Below, one piece after another: positions 1-8,225 of a stretch of DNA of 32,000 bases. A program made the translations under genes and the position numbers. The notes under the pieces are model-generated. The model was given only the letters and a program-made list of their open reading frames with translations, made no database searches and was not told the origin of the DNA. How positions within the stretch are numbered: the stretch's first letter is position 1; every line of letters begins with the position of its first letter. The DNA is from Aeropyrum pernix K1 (GTDB lineage Archaea; Thermoproteota; Thermoprotei_A; Sulfolobales; Acidilobaceae), in the NCBI RefSeq assembly GCF_000011125.1, contig NC_000854.2, forward strand, positions 540,001 to 572,000, read 5' to 3'.

Positions 1-1
1 T

Positions 2-478
2 CGGGTGTACCTCGTTGCGGGGGGTAGCAGGAGGGATTACGCAGCAGGCCCGGGCTACAAGCTGCTCAGGGTAGATATACCCTACAGGGGGGTCGAGGTG
101 CCCGTGGCTGTTGTTAACGAGCCTGTCGATACCCCGGTCTACCCGCGGCTCAGCATTGTAGGGGATATACTCGTCTACGAGTCAAGGATTGACGGTCTGC
201 GAGTGGGCATACGTGACGTGTCGATGGAGTACTCTAACAAGCAGACCGTGGTTAAGGCGGTGGTCTATAACGAGGGGTCGGTAGAACTCAAGAGGATCTC
301 TATATATGTGCTGCCGAGTCCCAGGCACAAAGTATCTATAGATAGCCTAAAACCGGGCGAGCATAGGAGCGTGAGGCTACTTCAAGCTCCGGGCGATAGG
401 CCCCCTCAGTGGATAGCGGTTGAAGCGAGCGCCGCCGGCGTTCCCTTCTATAGGGAATACCCGATAAAGCATTCCTAA
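2..478 (+). CDS. C-terminal fragment of a hypothetical protein (frame open to the window edge)
   Basis: Track ORF 5..478. The frame stays open back to nt 2, so the true start is probably upstream of the window. No recognisable motif. Confidence 0.4.
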   Translation, partial: RVYLVAGGSRRDYAAGPGYKLLRVDIPYRGVEVPVAVVNEPVDTPVYPRLSIVGDILVYESRIDGLRVGIRDVSMEYSNKQTVVKAVVYNEGSVELKRISIYVLPSPRHKVSIDSLKPGEHRSVRLLQAPGDRPPQWIAVEASAAGVPFYREYPIKHS

Positions 479-515
479 TTCCTGCAGAGAGGAGGATACT
501 AGGAGCAATAAGAGG

Positions 516-806
516 CTAAACTAGTAGCTCGCGGGGAACGCCCCTCTTCCTTACATACTCTCTCAGGGGCTCCGCAAGGTTATAGCAGCCCACACCCTCC
601 TCCAGAAGTCCTAGATCCACTAGCCTCGCTATAACCTCTTCAGGCTCCTCCACACCCTGATGCCTCAGCTCCTCCACAGCCTTAATCTCCCCCACCGATA
701 TGTTCTCGAAAAAATATTTCAGCACCCTCTTCTCCACCCTCCCCAGCGATTCCACCAGGGAGAATAGCTTGTCGACCCTCTCGTCCACGGGCAAGCCCGC
801 CCCCAT
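516..806 (-). CDS. small winged-helix-like DNA-binding protein (hypothetical)
   Basis: Track ORF 516..989. The first 61 codons are low complexity and overlap the divergent methyltransferase gene. The in-frame ATG at 806 gives a 96-aa protein (MGAGLPVDERVDKLF...) whose segment EIKAVEELRHQGVEEPEEVIARLVDLGLLEE looks like a wHTH. Confidence 0.45.
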   Translation of the reverse strand: MGAGLPVDERVDKLFSLVESLGRVEKRVLKYFFENISVGEIKAVEELRHQGVEEPEEVIARLVDLGLLEEGVGCYNLAEPLREYVRKRGVPRELLV

Positions 807-846
807 GCAATACCCTATAGCCTTCGGCAGGATTTTATCATGTGTT

Positions 847-1725
847 ATGGAAGGGGAAGCCTTGGCTCTGCTGAAAGAGATAGCGGAGGAGGTGCTAGGC
901 AGGGACAAGGCAGCGCTGCTCTGGAAGAGGATCGATATAATAGGCGATATAGCAGTTATAAAGAAGCCTATACACGGCGGTGTGAGCATAGAGGATTTGA
1001 GGCTTGTAGCGGGGGAGCTCCTCAGGAGACTCCCCCACGTTAGGAGCGTGTGGCTAGCAACAGGTCCTGTAGGGGGGTTGTTTAAAGTCAGGAGAGATCT
1101 ACTGCATCTAGCCGGGGAGAAGAGGACCTCTACGGTTTACCGTGAACACGGAGCCGAATTCCTCGTAGATATATCCAAGGTTTTCATAACTCCCAGGCTC
1201 AGCTTCGAGCACCTCCGCGTGGCGAGGCTTGTTAAGCCTGGAGAAACGGTTGTCAACATGTTCGCCGGAGTAGGGGTCTTCTCGATAATAATAGCTCTCA
1301 AATCAAGGCCTAGCAAGGTCTATAGCATTGACATAAACCCTGATGCATATAGGCTGATGATTGAGAACATTAGGCTTAACAGGGTTGAGGATGTTGTAGA
1401 GCCGATGTTAGGCGATTCAGCGAGGATAGTGAGTGAGAGTCTAAGGGGGGTTGCAGACCGGGTGCTGATGCCCCTGCCCGACCTCGCTCTAGACTATATA
1501 GGACATGCTCTCGACGCACTGAGAGGGCGGGGCTGGCTCCACGTTTACCTCCATGTCGACTATGAGAGGGGGAAGGGCCACCTGCGGAGGGCGTGCAAGC
1601 TGGTGGAAGCAGAGGTAGAGAGGCGGGGCTGGAGAGTGGTTGAGGCTAAGGCCCGCGTAGTGAGGAGCGTAGGGCCCAAGCTGCTGCAGGTCGTCGTTGA
1701 CGCTGTGGTGAGGCGGGATGGGTAG
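847..1725 (+). CDS. SAM-dependent tRNA-modifying enzyme of the Trm5/Taw2 (Met-10+) family
   Basis: VVNMFAGVGVFSI (SAM-binding motif I) and VYSIDINPDAY are typical of the Met-10+/Trm5/Taw2 family. The in-frame ATG at 847 (MEGEALALLKEI) is more plausible than the track start at 700, which overlaps the divergent gene. It lies next to a TYW3-like gene. Confidence 0.7.
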   Translation: MEGEALALLKEIAEEVLGRDKAALLWKRIDIIGDIAVIKKPIHGGVSIEDLRLVAGELLRRLPHVRSVWLATGPVGGLFKVRRDLLHLAGEKRTSTVYREHGAEFLVDISKVFITPRLSFEHLRVARLVKPGETVVNMFAGVGVFSIIIALKSRPSKVYSIDINPDAYRLMIENIRLNRVEDVVEPMLGDSARIVSESLRGVADRVLMPLPDLALDYIGHALDALRGRGWLHVYLHVDYERGKGHLRRACKLVEAEVERRGWRVVEAKARVVRSVGPKLLQVVVDAVVRRDG

Positions 1726-2284
1726 TATAGAGGAGGTGCTTTTGGAGGAGAGGCTCATAGGATATCTAGACCCCGGAGCCGAGAAAGTTTTAGCGAGGAT
1801 AAACAGGCCTTCAAAAATAGTGTCTACAAGCAGTTGTACAGGGAGGATAACACTGATCGAGGGCGAGGCTCACTGGCTCAGGAACGGGGCAAGAGTAGCG
1901 TACAAGACCCATCACCCCATATCCCGGAGTGAGGTTGAAAGGGTTCTAAGGAGGGGCTTCACAAACCTTTGGCTCAAGGTGACCGGCCCTATACTACATC
2001 TCAGGGTTGAGGGGTGGCAGTGTGCAAAGTCCCTTCTCGAGGCAGCTAGGAGAAACGGGTTCAAGCACAGCGGAGTCATAAGCATAGCTGAGGATTCAAG
2101 ACTCGTCATAGAAATAATGAGCAGCCAGAGCATGTCAGTACCTCTAGTTATGGAGGGTGCTAGGATAGTCGGCGACGATGCCCTAGATATGCTGATTGAG
2201 AAAGCAAACACTATACTAGTTGAGTCTAGAATCGGGCTAGACACGTTTTCAAGAGAGGTCGAAGAGCTTGTCGAATGCTTTTAA
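1718..2284 (+). CDS. taw3: tRNA wybutosine-synthesizing protein 3 (TYW3/Taw3-like methyltransferase)
   Basis: TSSCTGRI matches the SSCSGRI-type signature of the TYW3 family. The start overlaps the stop of the upstream Trm5/Taw2-like gene (1718 vs 1725), suggesting an operon. Confidence 0.6.
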   Translation: MGSIEEVLLEERLIGYLDPGAEKVLARINRPSKIVSTSSCTGRITLIEGEAHWLRNGARVAYKTHHPISRSEVERVLRRGFTNLWLKVTGPILHLRVEGWQCAKSLLEAARRNGFKHSGVISIAEDSRLVIEIMSSQSMSVPLVMEGARIVGDDALDMLIEKANTILVESRIGLDTFSREVEELVECF

Positions 2285-2606
2285 AACTTTCCAAAATAAT
2301 GCAAAATCTAATCTCGTATAATTATACTTAAGACTGGATAGTAGATCGTGAACGCTGGGAGCAACTCCATGGCGCCCGAGCAGTATTGTACAGGTGAAAA
2401 GAATAAGAATTCTAAAAAGGAGGACGGCAAACCCTACTTTGACTGCAGCATATTTTAAACCCGGATAATACACGCCTCCCCGTCTATCAGTCTGCCCAGA
2501 CAGTCTCAAAACGATTTTTACGGGTCTACACCGTCTCCTAAACCTGCAGCAGCTCTGTAAACCTATAAGACCCCGCCCGGATAAGATCTGATACCACTGG
2601 GGCCCA

Positions 2607-2684
2607 GGGCCCGTCGTCTAGCCTGGTTAGGACGCCGCCCTTACACGGCGGAGGTCCGGGGTTCAAATCCCCGCGGGCCCACCA
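2607..2684 (+). tRNA. tRNA-Val (anticodon UAC), CCA encoded
   Basis: Cloverleaf read by eye. Acceptor stem is GGGCCCG/CGGGCCC and the D arm is GTCT...GGAC. The anticodon stem CCGCC/GGCGG carries loop CTTACAC, with anticodon TAC at 2642-2644. The T arm is CGGGG-TTCAAAT-CCCCG, followed by discriminator A and CCA at 2682-2684. A TATA-like CTATAAG lies about 40 nt upstream. Confidence 0.9.
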
Positions 2685-2794
2685 GCGCATCATACAGGAG
2701 CCCCCTCCTACAATCACATAAACAACCAGCTACCCACTCGGTTTCTCAACCGGACATTCAATCTGCTATACGGTTGTTATACGCCTCTGGCTCC

Positions 2795-4132
2795 ATGGAA
2801 GCGTATAGCAAGAATAGTACCGCCGCTCCAAGCAGTAGTCACGCCGAGGGGGAGAGCACGGCCGATGTCCTGGGCTATGAGGGGGTAGAGGTGCTCCCCG
2901 AGCCTAAGGACGTGCCGCAAGAGGCTAGACGCCAGCTTCTCAACCTGTTGGCCGAGAGGGGGAAAGTAAAGCCCTCGACTCTCGGTGTGAGCCGCGCATA
3001 CTTCTACCAGATGCGGAGGGGGCTACGCCCCATATCCGACTCTATCCTGGAGAGGCTTCTGGAGCTAGCTACTGACGACGACCTGGCCGGAATCCCCTTC
3101 TTCGCTCCCTACGTAGACTATCAGCGGGTGAAGGGTTACGATGTGGATAGGCTCGTTAGGCTGGTAGCCGAGTGGGCGAGGGCTAACCCTGCTAGCGCTA
3201 AGGTGTTCTTGGATAGCCTTTCAGCGGAGCTGGAGCGCCTGGGGCTCGTTGGGAAGGCTATCAAGGTGTCAGAACGGCATGTTAGGGAGTTTGAGGGCTA
3301 CCTCGAGGCGAGGGTTAGGAGCGGGGACATGGATCCCGGGACGGCGGGAGATAGGCTTAGGTACCTCAGGATGGCCCTCGAGGAGCTGGGCTACGTCCTG
3401 ACCAAGCAGGCTTTAAGGGGTTTAATAAGGAGGTATCAGGCCTCCCAGCCCGGCGTCGCAGATCACATATACAAGTCACTCAAGCTCTTCGTAAAGGAGG
3501 TGGTCCAGGACAGGGAACTCCTGGAGGCCATACCCTACCCGAGGGTTAGGTGGGGCAGCCCGGAGGCGCCTCAATGGAGTGATATATGCAGGGTCGTAGA
3601 AGCTCTCCCACACGCTGGTGCCCCTAGGGCCCTACTCCTGCTATTGGCATCCACAGGGCTGAGGGTCGAAACAGCCTACTCTCTACCGCTAGACTCGCTA
3701 AAACTCTCTGAGAGGCTGGTCTGGGTCTGGAGCCTTAAGAGGAGTAAGAGGACCTACTTCTCCTTCATAACCGAGAGGGTTAAAGGCGAGCTGGAGGTGT
3801 ATCTGGAAGCCAGGAGGAGGCACCTAGAGATCCTGGGTAGGGGCTCGGGCAAACTGTTCCCCTACAAGCCCCGGAGGCTCAGGGAGGCTATCTACGAGGC
3901 TATGGATAGGGAGCTGGGCCGGAGGTTCCAGCTGAAGCTCATTAGAAAGCGGGTGGCGGAGCACCTGAGCCACCACCTCTCAACCCTGGAGCTGAACGTG
4001 ATAATGGGCCACGCCCCGAGGGAGGTCGTGGAGAAGCACTACCTCCTCAGAGACCAGATCGAGGACCTCCGCAGAAAATACGACAAGGCTATGGCTAAGG
4101 TGCCGTGTCTAGGCGGAGGTGAGGCGGGATGA
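2795..4132 (+). CDS. tyrosine recombinase / integrase with N-terminal HTH
   Basis: The C-terminal catalytic domain shows ASTGLRVETAY (Arg), KLIRKRVAEHLSHH and IMGHAPREVVEKHYL (His and the Tyr nucleophile, tac at 4040-4042). An N-terminal HTH-like segment reads LGVSRAYFYQMRRGL. The track start is TTG 2774; the in-frame ATG at 2795 is preferred. Confidence 0.85.
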   Translation: MEAYSKNSTAAPSSSHAEGESTADVLGYEGVEVLPEPKDVPQEARRQLLNLLAERGKVKPSTLGVSRAYFYQMRRGLRPISDSILERLLELATDDDLAGIPFFAPYVDYQRVKGYDVDRLVRLVAEWARANPASAKVFLDSLSAELERLGLVGKAIKVSERHVREFEGYLEARVRSGDMDPGTAGDRLRYLRMALEELGYVLTKQALRGLIRRYQASQPGVADHIYKSLKLFVKEVVQDRELLEAIPYPRVRWGSPEAPQWSDICRVVEALPHAGAPRALLLLLASTGLRVETAYSLPLDSLKLSERLVWVWSLKRSKRTYFSFITERVKGELEVYLEARRRHLEILGRGSGKLFPYKPRRLREAIYEAMDRELGRRFQLKLIRKRVAEHLSHHLSTLELNVIMGHAPREVVEKHYLLRDQIEDLRRKYDKAMAKVPCLGGGEAG

Positions 4133-4380
4133 GGGTTGAGAATGCTTCTCTAGGCGACCGCCTTTCTAGGCTGTCCGGCAAAATGATAAGGAGGGTCAGG
4201 CTGAGCTGGTGTAATAACGAGGAGCACCGTACCGTCGATATCTTCGAGGATTTGATGCACATGTTCCTCTGCGACGGCTACCACGTAGCCATAATCCTCG
4301 AAGACGGTACTGTGGTGGAGCTATTCGCGGACGATAACGGCCACATCAACATATACGAGAAGCGCGGGAAGGTGGGGTAG
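4129..4380 (+). CDS. hypothetical small protein (83 aa)
   Basis: An ATGA start/stop overlap with the integrase gene suggests translational coupling. No recognisable domain. Confidence 0.5.
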   Translation: MRVENASLGDRLSRLSGKMIRRVRLSWCNNEEHRTVDIFEDLMHMFLCDGYHVAIILEDGTVVELFADDNGHINIYEKRGKVG

Positions 4381-4444
4381 AGTGGCTCTAGCCCTTCCCG
4401 GATCCTCTCTGAAGCCGCCATGCGGTGGGTGTGCCTGGGTGGGG

Positions 4445-4488
4445 GTTAGAGACCCCTTTTCCGGTGTTCTGTCGAGGGCTTCTCTAAC
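4445..4488. repeat. bipartite palindrome copy 1
   Basis: Left arm GGGTTAGAGAC, right arm TTCTCTAACAC; arm-to-arm offset 36 nt. Upstream of gene 4519..4908. Confidence 0.85.
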
Positions 4489-4518
4489 ACTGCGCATACA
4501 ACACTCGGGGTGGCCTGA

Positions 4519-4908
4519 TTGGATGTTGAGTACCAGCGTCTGTACGGTATCGAGTTCAGGGTGAAGGGTGTTCGGGGGTTGTACGGAGACGGCAGGTTCG
4601 GCAAAGCTATGGCTATAGCGGCATTCCTGAGAACCCTGTCTGTTCTCTGGTTCATGCCCAGGGGTATGAGGCCCCATGTGGAGGTGTCGAAGGACTTCGG
4701 CGATGTCTGGCTCGAGTGGAGCGGCGAGGGAGAGAGGCGTGTTTACATAGAGTTTATGCTATGCGGTGAGGGTTGCGAGTACGACGCCGAGGGTGTTCTG
4801 GAGATGGTTGGGTTCGACAGCAAGACGTTCCGGAGCCTGCTAAACGCCTTCCTCAAGGAGGCTAGGCTGAGGAGTCTCCAGGCTACTGCGCCTCAGGGTG
4901 TGGGTTAG
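4519..4908 (+). CDS. hypothetical protein (129 aa)
   Basis: A TTG start lies about 24 nt downstream of a weak TATA-like GCATACA, which directly follows palindrome copy 1 (leaderless geometry). The stop abuts the next ATG (TAGATG). Confidence 0.5.
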   Translation: MDVEYQRLYGIEFRVKGVRGLYGDGRFGKAMAIAAFLRTLSVLWFMPRGMRPHVEVSKDFGDVWLEWSGEGERRVYIEFMLCGEGCEYDAEGVLEMVGFDSKTFRSLLNAFLKEARLRSLQATAPQGVG

Positions 4909-5889
4909 ATGGCCGTGCCCCCCGCCTCCCGGGCCTGCCGAGGTGGCGGGGGGCGGGGCTGGGGGTTAGAGATTGTTCTGGCCGATCTTAGGCGGGGCTT
5001 CTCTAACCTCCTCGAGTGGGAGCTCCTCAGTATAGTCGAGCTGAAGAGGCGGGGCCTAGGCCTCTCGGAGATAGCCAAGGCGGTTTACGGGACCAGCAGG
5101 AAGAGGTACAGGGTCTTCCGTATTCTGAGGCGTCTCCAGCGCATGGGTGTTCTCGACTGCCTACTCGAGGGCTCATGTTGCGCCCTGGGTGGGGAAGGCG
5201 ACGGCGGCCATGTTGCGCCTGCCGAAGATGCGCAACATGAAGGCGACGACGGGAGCGGGGAGGCGACATCGGAAGCAACATGGGAGGGGCTGCCTGGGAG
5301 GCTGGGGAGGACTCAGAAGCTTGTCATAGCGGCTCTGGCTATCCAGCTGGAGGCCACGCCCAGCATGATAGCTGCCTACGTCAACCATGCATACGGGAAA
5401 CGGGTTTCCCGGAACGCTGTGTGGCACGCCCTCAAGAGGCTGTCAGCCCGGGGTGTCGTTGAGAGGCTACCCCGGGGCTACTACAGGCTCCGCAGGCTCT
5501 CCAGCGGCATCCTGGTGGAGAACCTCAGGGTGAGGGGTCGCATGGTATGGAGCACGAGAGAGGAGGGTAGGCCAGCCACGCTGGAGGAGGCGTTAATAAC
5601 GGCGGCACTCAGAGACAGGACGTGGCCCGTGGAGCAGGCGGAACTCCTCTCACACGGCCCCCGCAAGCTGCTGGAGAAGGCAAGGCTGCTCGAAAGGCTG
5701 GGCTGGAGAATGACGGTTATGTATATAGACAGGAAGAACGGCGCCCCCAGGCTGAAGCTGGAACACAGGCTCTGGAACACACCCATACCGGCAAGGCCGG
5801 AGGAGCTATACTCATGGGTAAACCTATACAGGGAAGCCTCATCACTGGCAAGAGACCTCGCCGAACACATACTAGCGCGCACACGCTAG
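4909..5889 (+). CDS. DNA-binding protein with two (w)HTH-like domains (candidate regulator or replication/partition factor)
   Basis: LLSIVELKRRGLGLSEIAKAVYGTSRKRYRVFRILRRLQRMGVL is a LuxR/sigma-r4-like HTH. MIAAYVNHAYGKRVSRNAVWHALKRLSARGVVERLPRGYYRL is winged-helix-like. Palindrome copy 2 lies in its 5' part. Confidence 0.6.
   Translation: MAVPPASRACRGGGGRGWGLEIVLADLRRGFSNLLEWELLSIVELKRRGLGLSEIAKAVYGTSRKRYRVFRILRRLQRMGVLDCLLEGSCCALGGEGDGGHVAPAEDAQHEGDDGSGEATSEATWEGLPGRLGRTQKLVIAALAIQLEATPSMIAAYVNHAYGKRVSRNAVWHALKRLSARGVVERLPRGYYRLRRLSSGILVENLRVRGRMVWSTREEGRPATLEEALITAALRDRTWPVEQAELLSHGPRKLLEKARLLERLGWRMTVMYIDRKNGAPRLKLEHRLWNTPIPARPEELYSWVNLYREASSLARDLAEHILARTR
4965..5007. repeat. bipartite palindrome copy 2 (intragenic)
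   Basis: Left arm GGGTTAGAGAT, right arm TTCTCTAACCT; offset 35 nt. Inside the 5' part of ORF 4909..5889, read as G-L-E...F-S-N. Confidence 0.8.
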
Positions 5890-5947
5890 CCCATGTTGCG
5901 GGCGGGGGGTTCGTGGGCGCGCAATATTGGGGTTTGTGGTTGGGTTT

Positions 5948-6655
5948 TTATTGGCAGATTCTTTTTATGTTGTTTATGCGTTCGTCTAGGGTGAGGGCTG
6001 GTGCTCCTAATGTGGTTTCGTGGCTTGTGTTGATGCCTTGTTTCTTTAGGTGGTTGAGTATTTCTGCGAATATTAGTGCTGGTTTGCAGCCGGTTGTTTT
6101 TGCTGCTAGTGTGTCTGCTTCTAGTTCTTGTTCTTTTATTGTTGTTGCTTCGTATTTTGTGGTTTGTGCTAAGAGGGCGAGTGAGATTATTATTAGTAGT
6201 AGGTTGGCGGTGGGTTTTTCACTTTTCTTTGTTCTGTTTAGGTTTTTGATTGAGTCTTTGAGGCTGTCGAAGCTTATTTTGGTTAGTTGTCTTGTCGTGT
6301 AGGATGCGATGGCGTGGTTCTTCACTATATGGGCTACTTCGTGTGCTACGATGAATTTTATAACCTCTTCTGGCAGCTTATCCGCTAGTTCTCTACGGAT
6401 AAACACTATTCCGTAGCCGCCTAGTCCTATGGAGAATGCGAGCTCGTAGGCTGGTAGCTTTTCGTTCTCTTTAAACAGCGCCACTATTATTATGCCTCTT
6501 GAGCCCATTCTGGAGGCTAGTTCTTGTGCTAATGCTGTGTATTTGATGTCTAAGTTAGATAAGGCGAGGAGCAGAAGATCTATTAGCTCATCCTCCACAC
6601 TTCTTTCGCTCAACTGCCTATTCCGACCTAAGTTTTTGGGGTGCTTCATGTTCAA
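5948..6655 (-). CDS. M48-family-like Zn metallopeptidase
   Basis: The HExxH motif in FIVAHEVAHIVKNH maps to about 6329-6343. A downstream QELEADTLAAKTTG matches the ExxAD third-ligand motif of the M48 (HtpX/Ste24-like) family. The gene is AT-rich. A TATA (6689-6699, minus strand) abuts palindrome copy 3. Confidence 0.65.
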   Translation of the reverse strand: MNMKHPKNLGRNRQLSERSVEDELIDLLLLALSNLDIKYTALAQELASRMGSRGIIIVALFKENEKLPAYELAFSIGLGGYGIVFIRRELADKLPEEVIKFIVAHEVAHIVKNHAIASYTTRQLTKISFDSLKDSIKNLNRTKKSEKPTANLLLIIISLALLAQTTKYEATTIKEQELEADTLAAKTTGCKPALIFAEILNHLKKQGINTSHETTLGAPALTLDERINNIKRICQ

Positions 6656-6699
6656 GATCCACTCAGCTTTTAAAGATAGTGCGTTATACTATATAATAT

Positions 6700-6742
6700 G
6701 TTAGAGAAGGTATTACCGCTATGCTGTGAAGTTTTCTCTAAC
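6700..6742. repeat. bipartite palindrome copy 3
   Basis: Left arm ATGTTAGAGAA, right arm TTCTCTAACAC; offset 35 nt. Abuts the TATA at 6689-6699. Confidence 0.9.
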
Positions 6743-6840
6743 ACGTGCTGGTGGTGTGAGCCCGATGCGAGCCTCGATCATAAATACCGTAGCCATGTAA
6801 CATGACATCTATACTGCTTAGACTTACTCCAAATGAACCC
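6743..6840 (+). repeat. conserved noncoding module, copy A (paralogous to 9437-9535)
   Basis: Shared blocks in the same order and similar spacing after a palindrome copy: GAGCCCG, TAGCC(A/T)TGTAA, TATACTGCTTA (6810-6820 vs 9509-9519) and GACTT. Confidence 0.6.
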
Positions 6841-7021
6841 ACCCCACCTAGAGTTACGGCTTCCGGCCACGATGTAGGGAAGGGAGTTTTCCCTTGTTTC
6901 CAGCCTAGCACCCTCTGGGGAGGTTCCGATTTTATTATTCTAGGGTTTTTCTGGGTGCCTCCTATAGTATTAGGAGTCATGGTGGCAAAGGCTGCATGTT
7001 AGAGTTTCCGATTACGTCGCG

Positions 7022-8005
7022 TTGCAGAGGCCTGGGTTGAGATATGGACTGTTTCTCATTATATCCGGTGGGGCGGCCTTGGTTCTGAGCTTCAATATTG
7101 AAGGACGGTTGTCCGAAGTCCTCATGGCTATTAGTGCGACCCTAACGGCCTCGGGTGCGATAATAGCCGCCCAGTCCTTGGCTCAACTGGAGATTCAAGA
7201 AGCCTTAGAGAGCAGAAGGGAGCATAAGAAAAGACTTGATAAGTTGGCAGAGCGTATCATCAGAGGTGACGCTGGTAGGATTGTATCTAACGCTATAGGG
7301 TTAGAGAAAACAAAATTTGACATACTCTATTCAGAACCCTGCGATACACTTGAAGCATTGAAAGACGAGGAGCCTTATCTCCTGAAGGATCTAGACACTC
7401 ATCTTGAAGGTAAGCCTATAAGTAAACTGCTAGATGTTTGCAGGAAGCATAAAAAGTCGGTAAAATCTTTAGATGAAGAATTGGATGAGATAGCTTCCAG
7501 AGTAGTTGATTTTGTGGTGCAGGAACTTGGACAGCAGTATAAAATTCTGGAAACGTATGACAATTCGTTTAAAGAATTCGTTAAAACTAAAGTATTAGCA
7601 CCCACTATAAGAACCATACATAATAATGAGTCTCAATGGACGCTTGAGAATATAGTAAAAGAAGCACGTAGAATACAGGATGAAATAAAGATGGAAGTGA
7701 AATTGAAGGATACGTACAAAGGGGGTATGTCAGGCATAGATGTATACATGTACGCGTTCAAGCTAGTATATGTTAAAGCTCATTTGCCGACAGAGGGTCC
7801 AGCCGTTCGCAATAACGTTCTGAGAGTGTTTAAAGAGGTATTTGAACAAAAGCTGGCCAGCTATGCCAAAGACCTAGTAGATAAGGTGGAGGAGACTTCA
7901 TCATTAACGCGCAGTGCAGAAGAAATCAAGAAGCTAACGGTAAATCGTTTATACGAACTGAGGGAAAAAACGTATCTTCCAAACCTCTGCCAGTACGTAA
8001 AGTAA
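7022..8005 (+). CDS. hypothetical membrane protein (2 N-terminal TM helices plus a charged helical domain)
   Basis: Hydrophobic segments LFLIISGGAALVLSF and VLMAISATLTASGAIIAAQSL are followed by a Lys/Glu-rich region. AT-rich codon usage differs from the backbone. The start is uncertain (TTG 7022 or TTG 7037). Confidence 0.55.
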   Translation: MQRPGLRYGLFLIISGGAALVLSFNIEGRLSEVLMAISATLTASGAIIAAQSLAQLEIQEALESRREHKKRLDKLAERIIRGDAGRIVSNAIGLEKTKFDILYSEPCDTLEALKDEEPYLLKDLDTHLEGKPISKLLDVCRKHKKSVKSLDEELDEIASRVVDFVVQELGQQYKILETYDNSFKEFVKTKVLAPTIRTIHNNESQWTLENIVKEARRIQDEIKMEVKLKDTYKGGMSGIDVYMYAFKLVYVKAHLPTEGPAVRNNVLRVFKEVFEQKLASYAKDLVDKVEETSSLTRSAEEIKKLTVNRLYELREKTYLPNLCQYVK

Positions 8006-8225
8006 AATAGCGTTACTTCAAAGGGAGCCTTGCACTGCCTACCTATGTAAAACTTTGGTCGTCTTGGGCTCCTTGATTCATTATTTGAACATTATATATC
8101 ACACCCGTTAATCATCGTGTTATTAAAGCTTTGCCAGCTATGGTTGGAGAAGTCAGCTCATAACATACTCAACCATCTCTTTAAACCCTGGATGGGCCCT
8201 GGAGGTTCTGTCTGCTTGCCTGGCT

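Noticed and set aside
2249-2509. 86-aa minus-strand ORF between taw3 and the tRNA.
   Set aside because: It lies in an AT-rich intergenic region, has no motif, and overlaps the taw3 3' end. It is most likely spurious. No C/D-box or other RNA signature was recognised there either.
4321-4677. Small ORFs 4321..4677, 4382..4564 and 4446..4655 around palindrome copy 1.
   Set aside because: They overlap one another and the promoter region of gene 4519..4908. 4382..4564 merely reads through the palindrome.
5016-5882. Nested ORFs inside gene 4909..5889, on both strands and in alternative frames.
   Set aside because: They are short Arg/Pro/Gly-rich frames fully contained in a longer ORF that carries recognisable HTH motifs.
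5881-5947. Possible internal att or tRNA-fragment repeat (GGGGTTCGTGGGCGCGC) at the GC/AT junction, and a T-arm-like string near 28360-28400.
   Set aside because: Similarity to the tRNA-Val 3' half is limited to 7 nt or fewer of contiguous match. That is not enough to call an attachment-site repeat.
5622-6302. 226-aa plus-strand ORF spanning the GC-rich to AT-rich junction.
   Set aside because: It is a chimeric read-through. It runs out of frame across the 3' part of gene 4909..5889, the intergenic spacer, and the antisense of the M48-like gene, with implausible Phe/Leu/Val-rich low-complexity sequence.
6738-7002. ORFs 6738..6980 (minus) and 6802..7002 (plus) in the region following palindrome copy 3.
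   Set aside because: They overlap each other in a region that aligns with a clearly noncoding paralogous module at 9437-9535, and neither has start-site support.
8020-8075. Hairpin GGAGCC...GGCTCC after gene 7022..8005 as a terminator.
   Set aside because: It has only a 6-bp stem with a loop of about 35 nt and no adjacent T-tract, so the support is insufficient.
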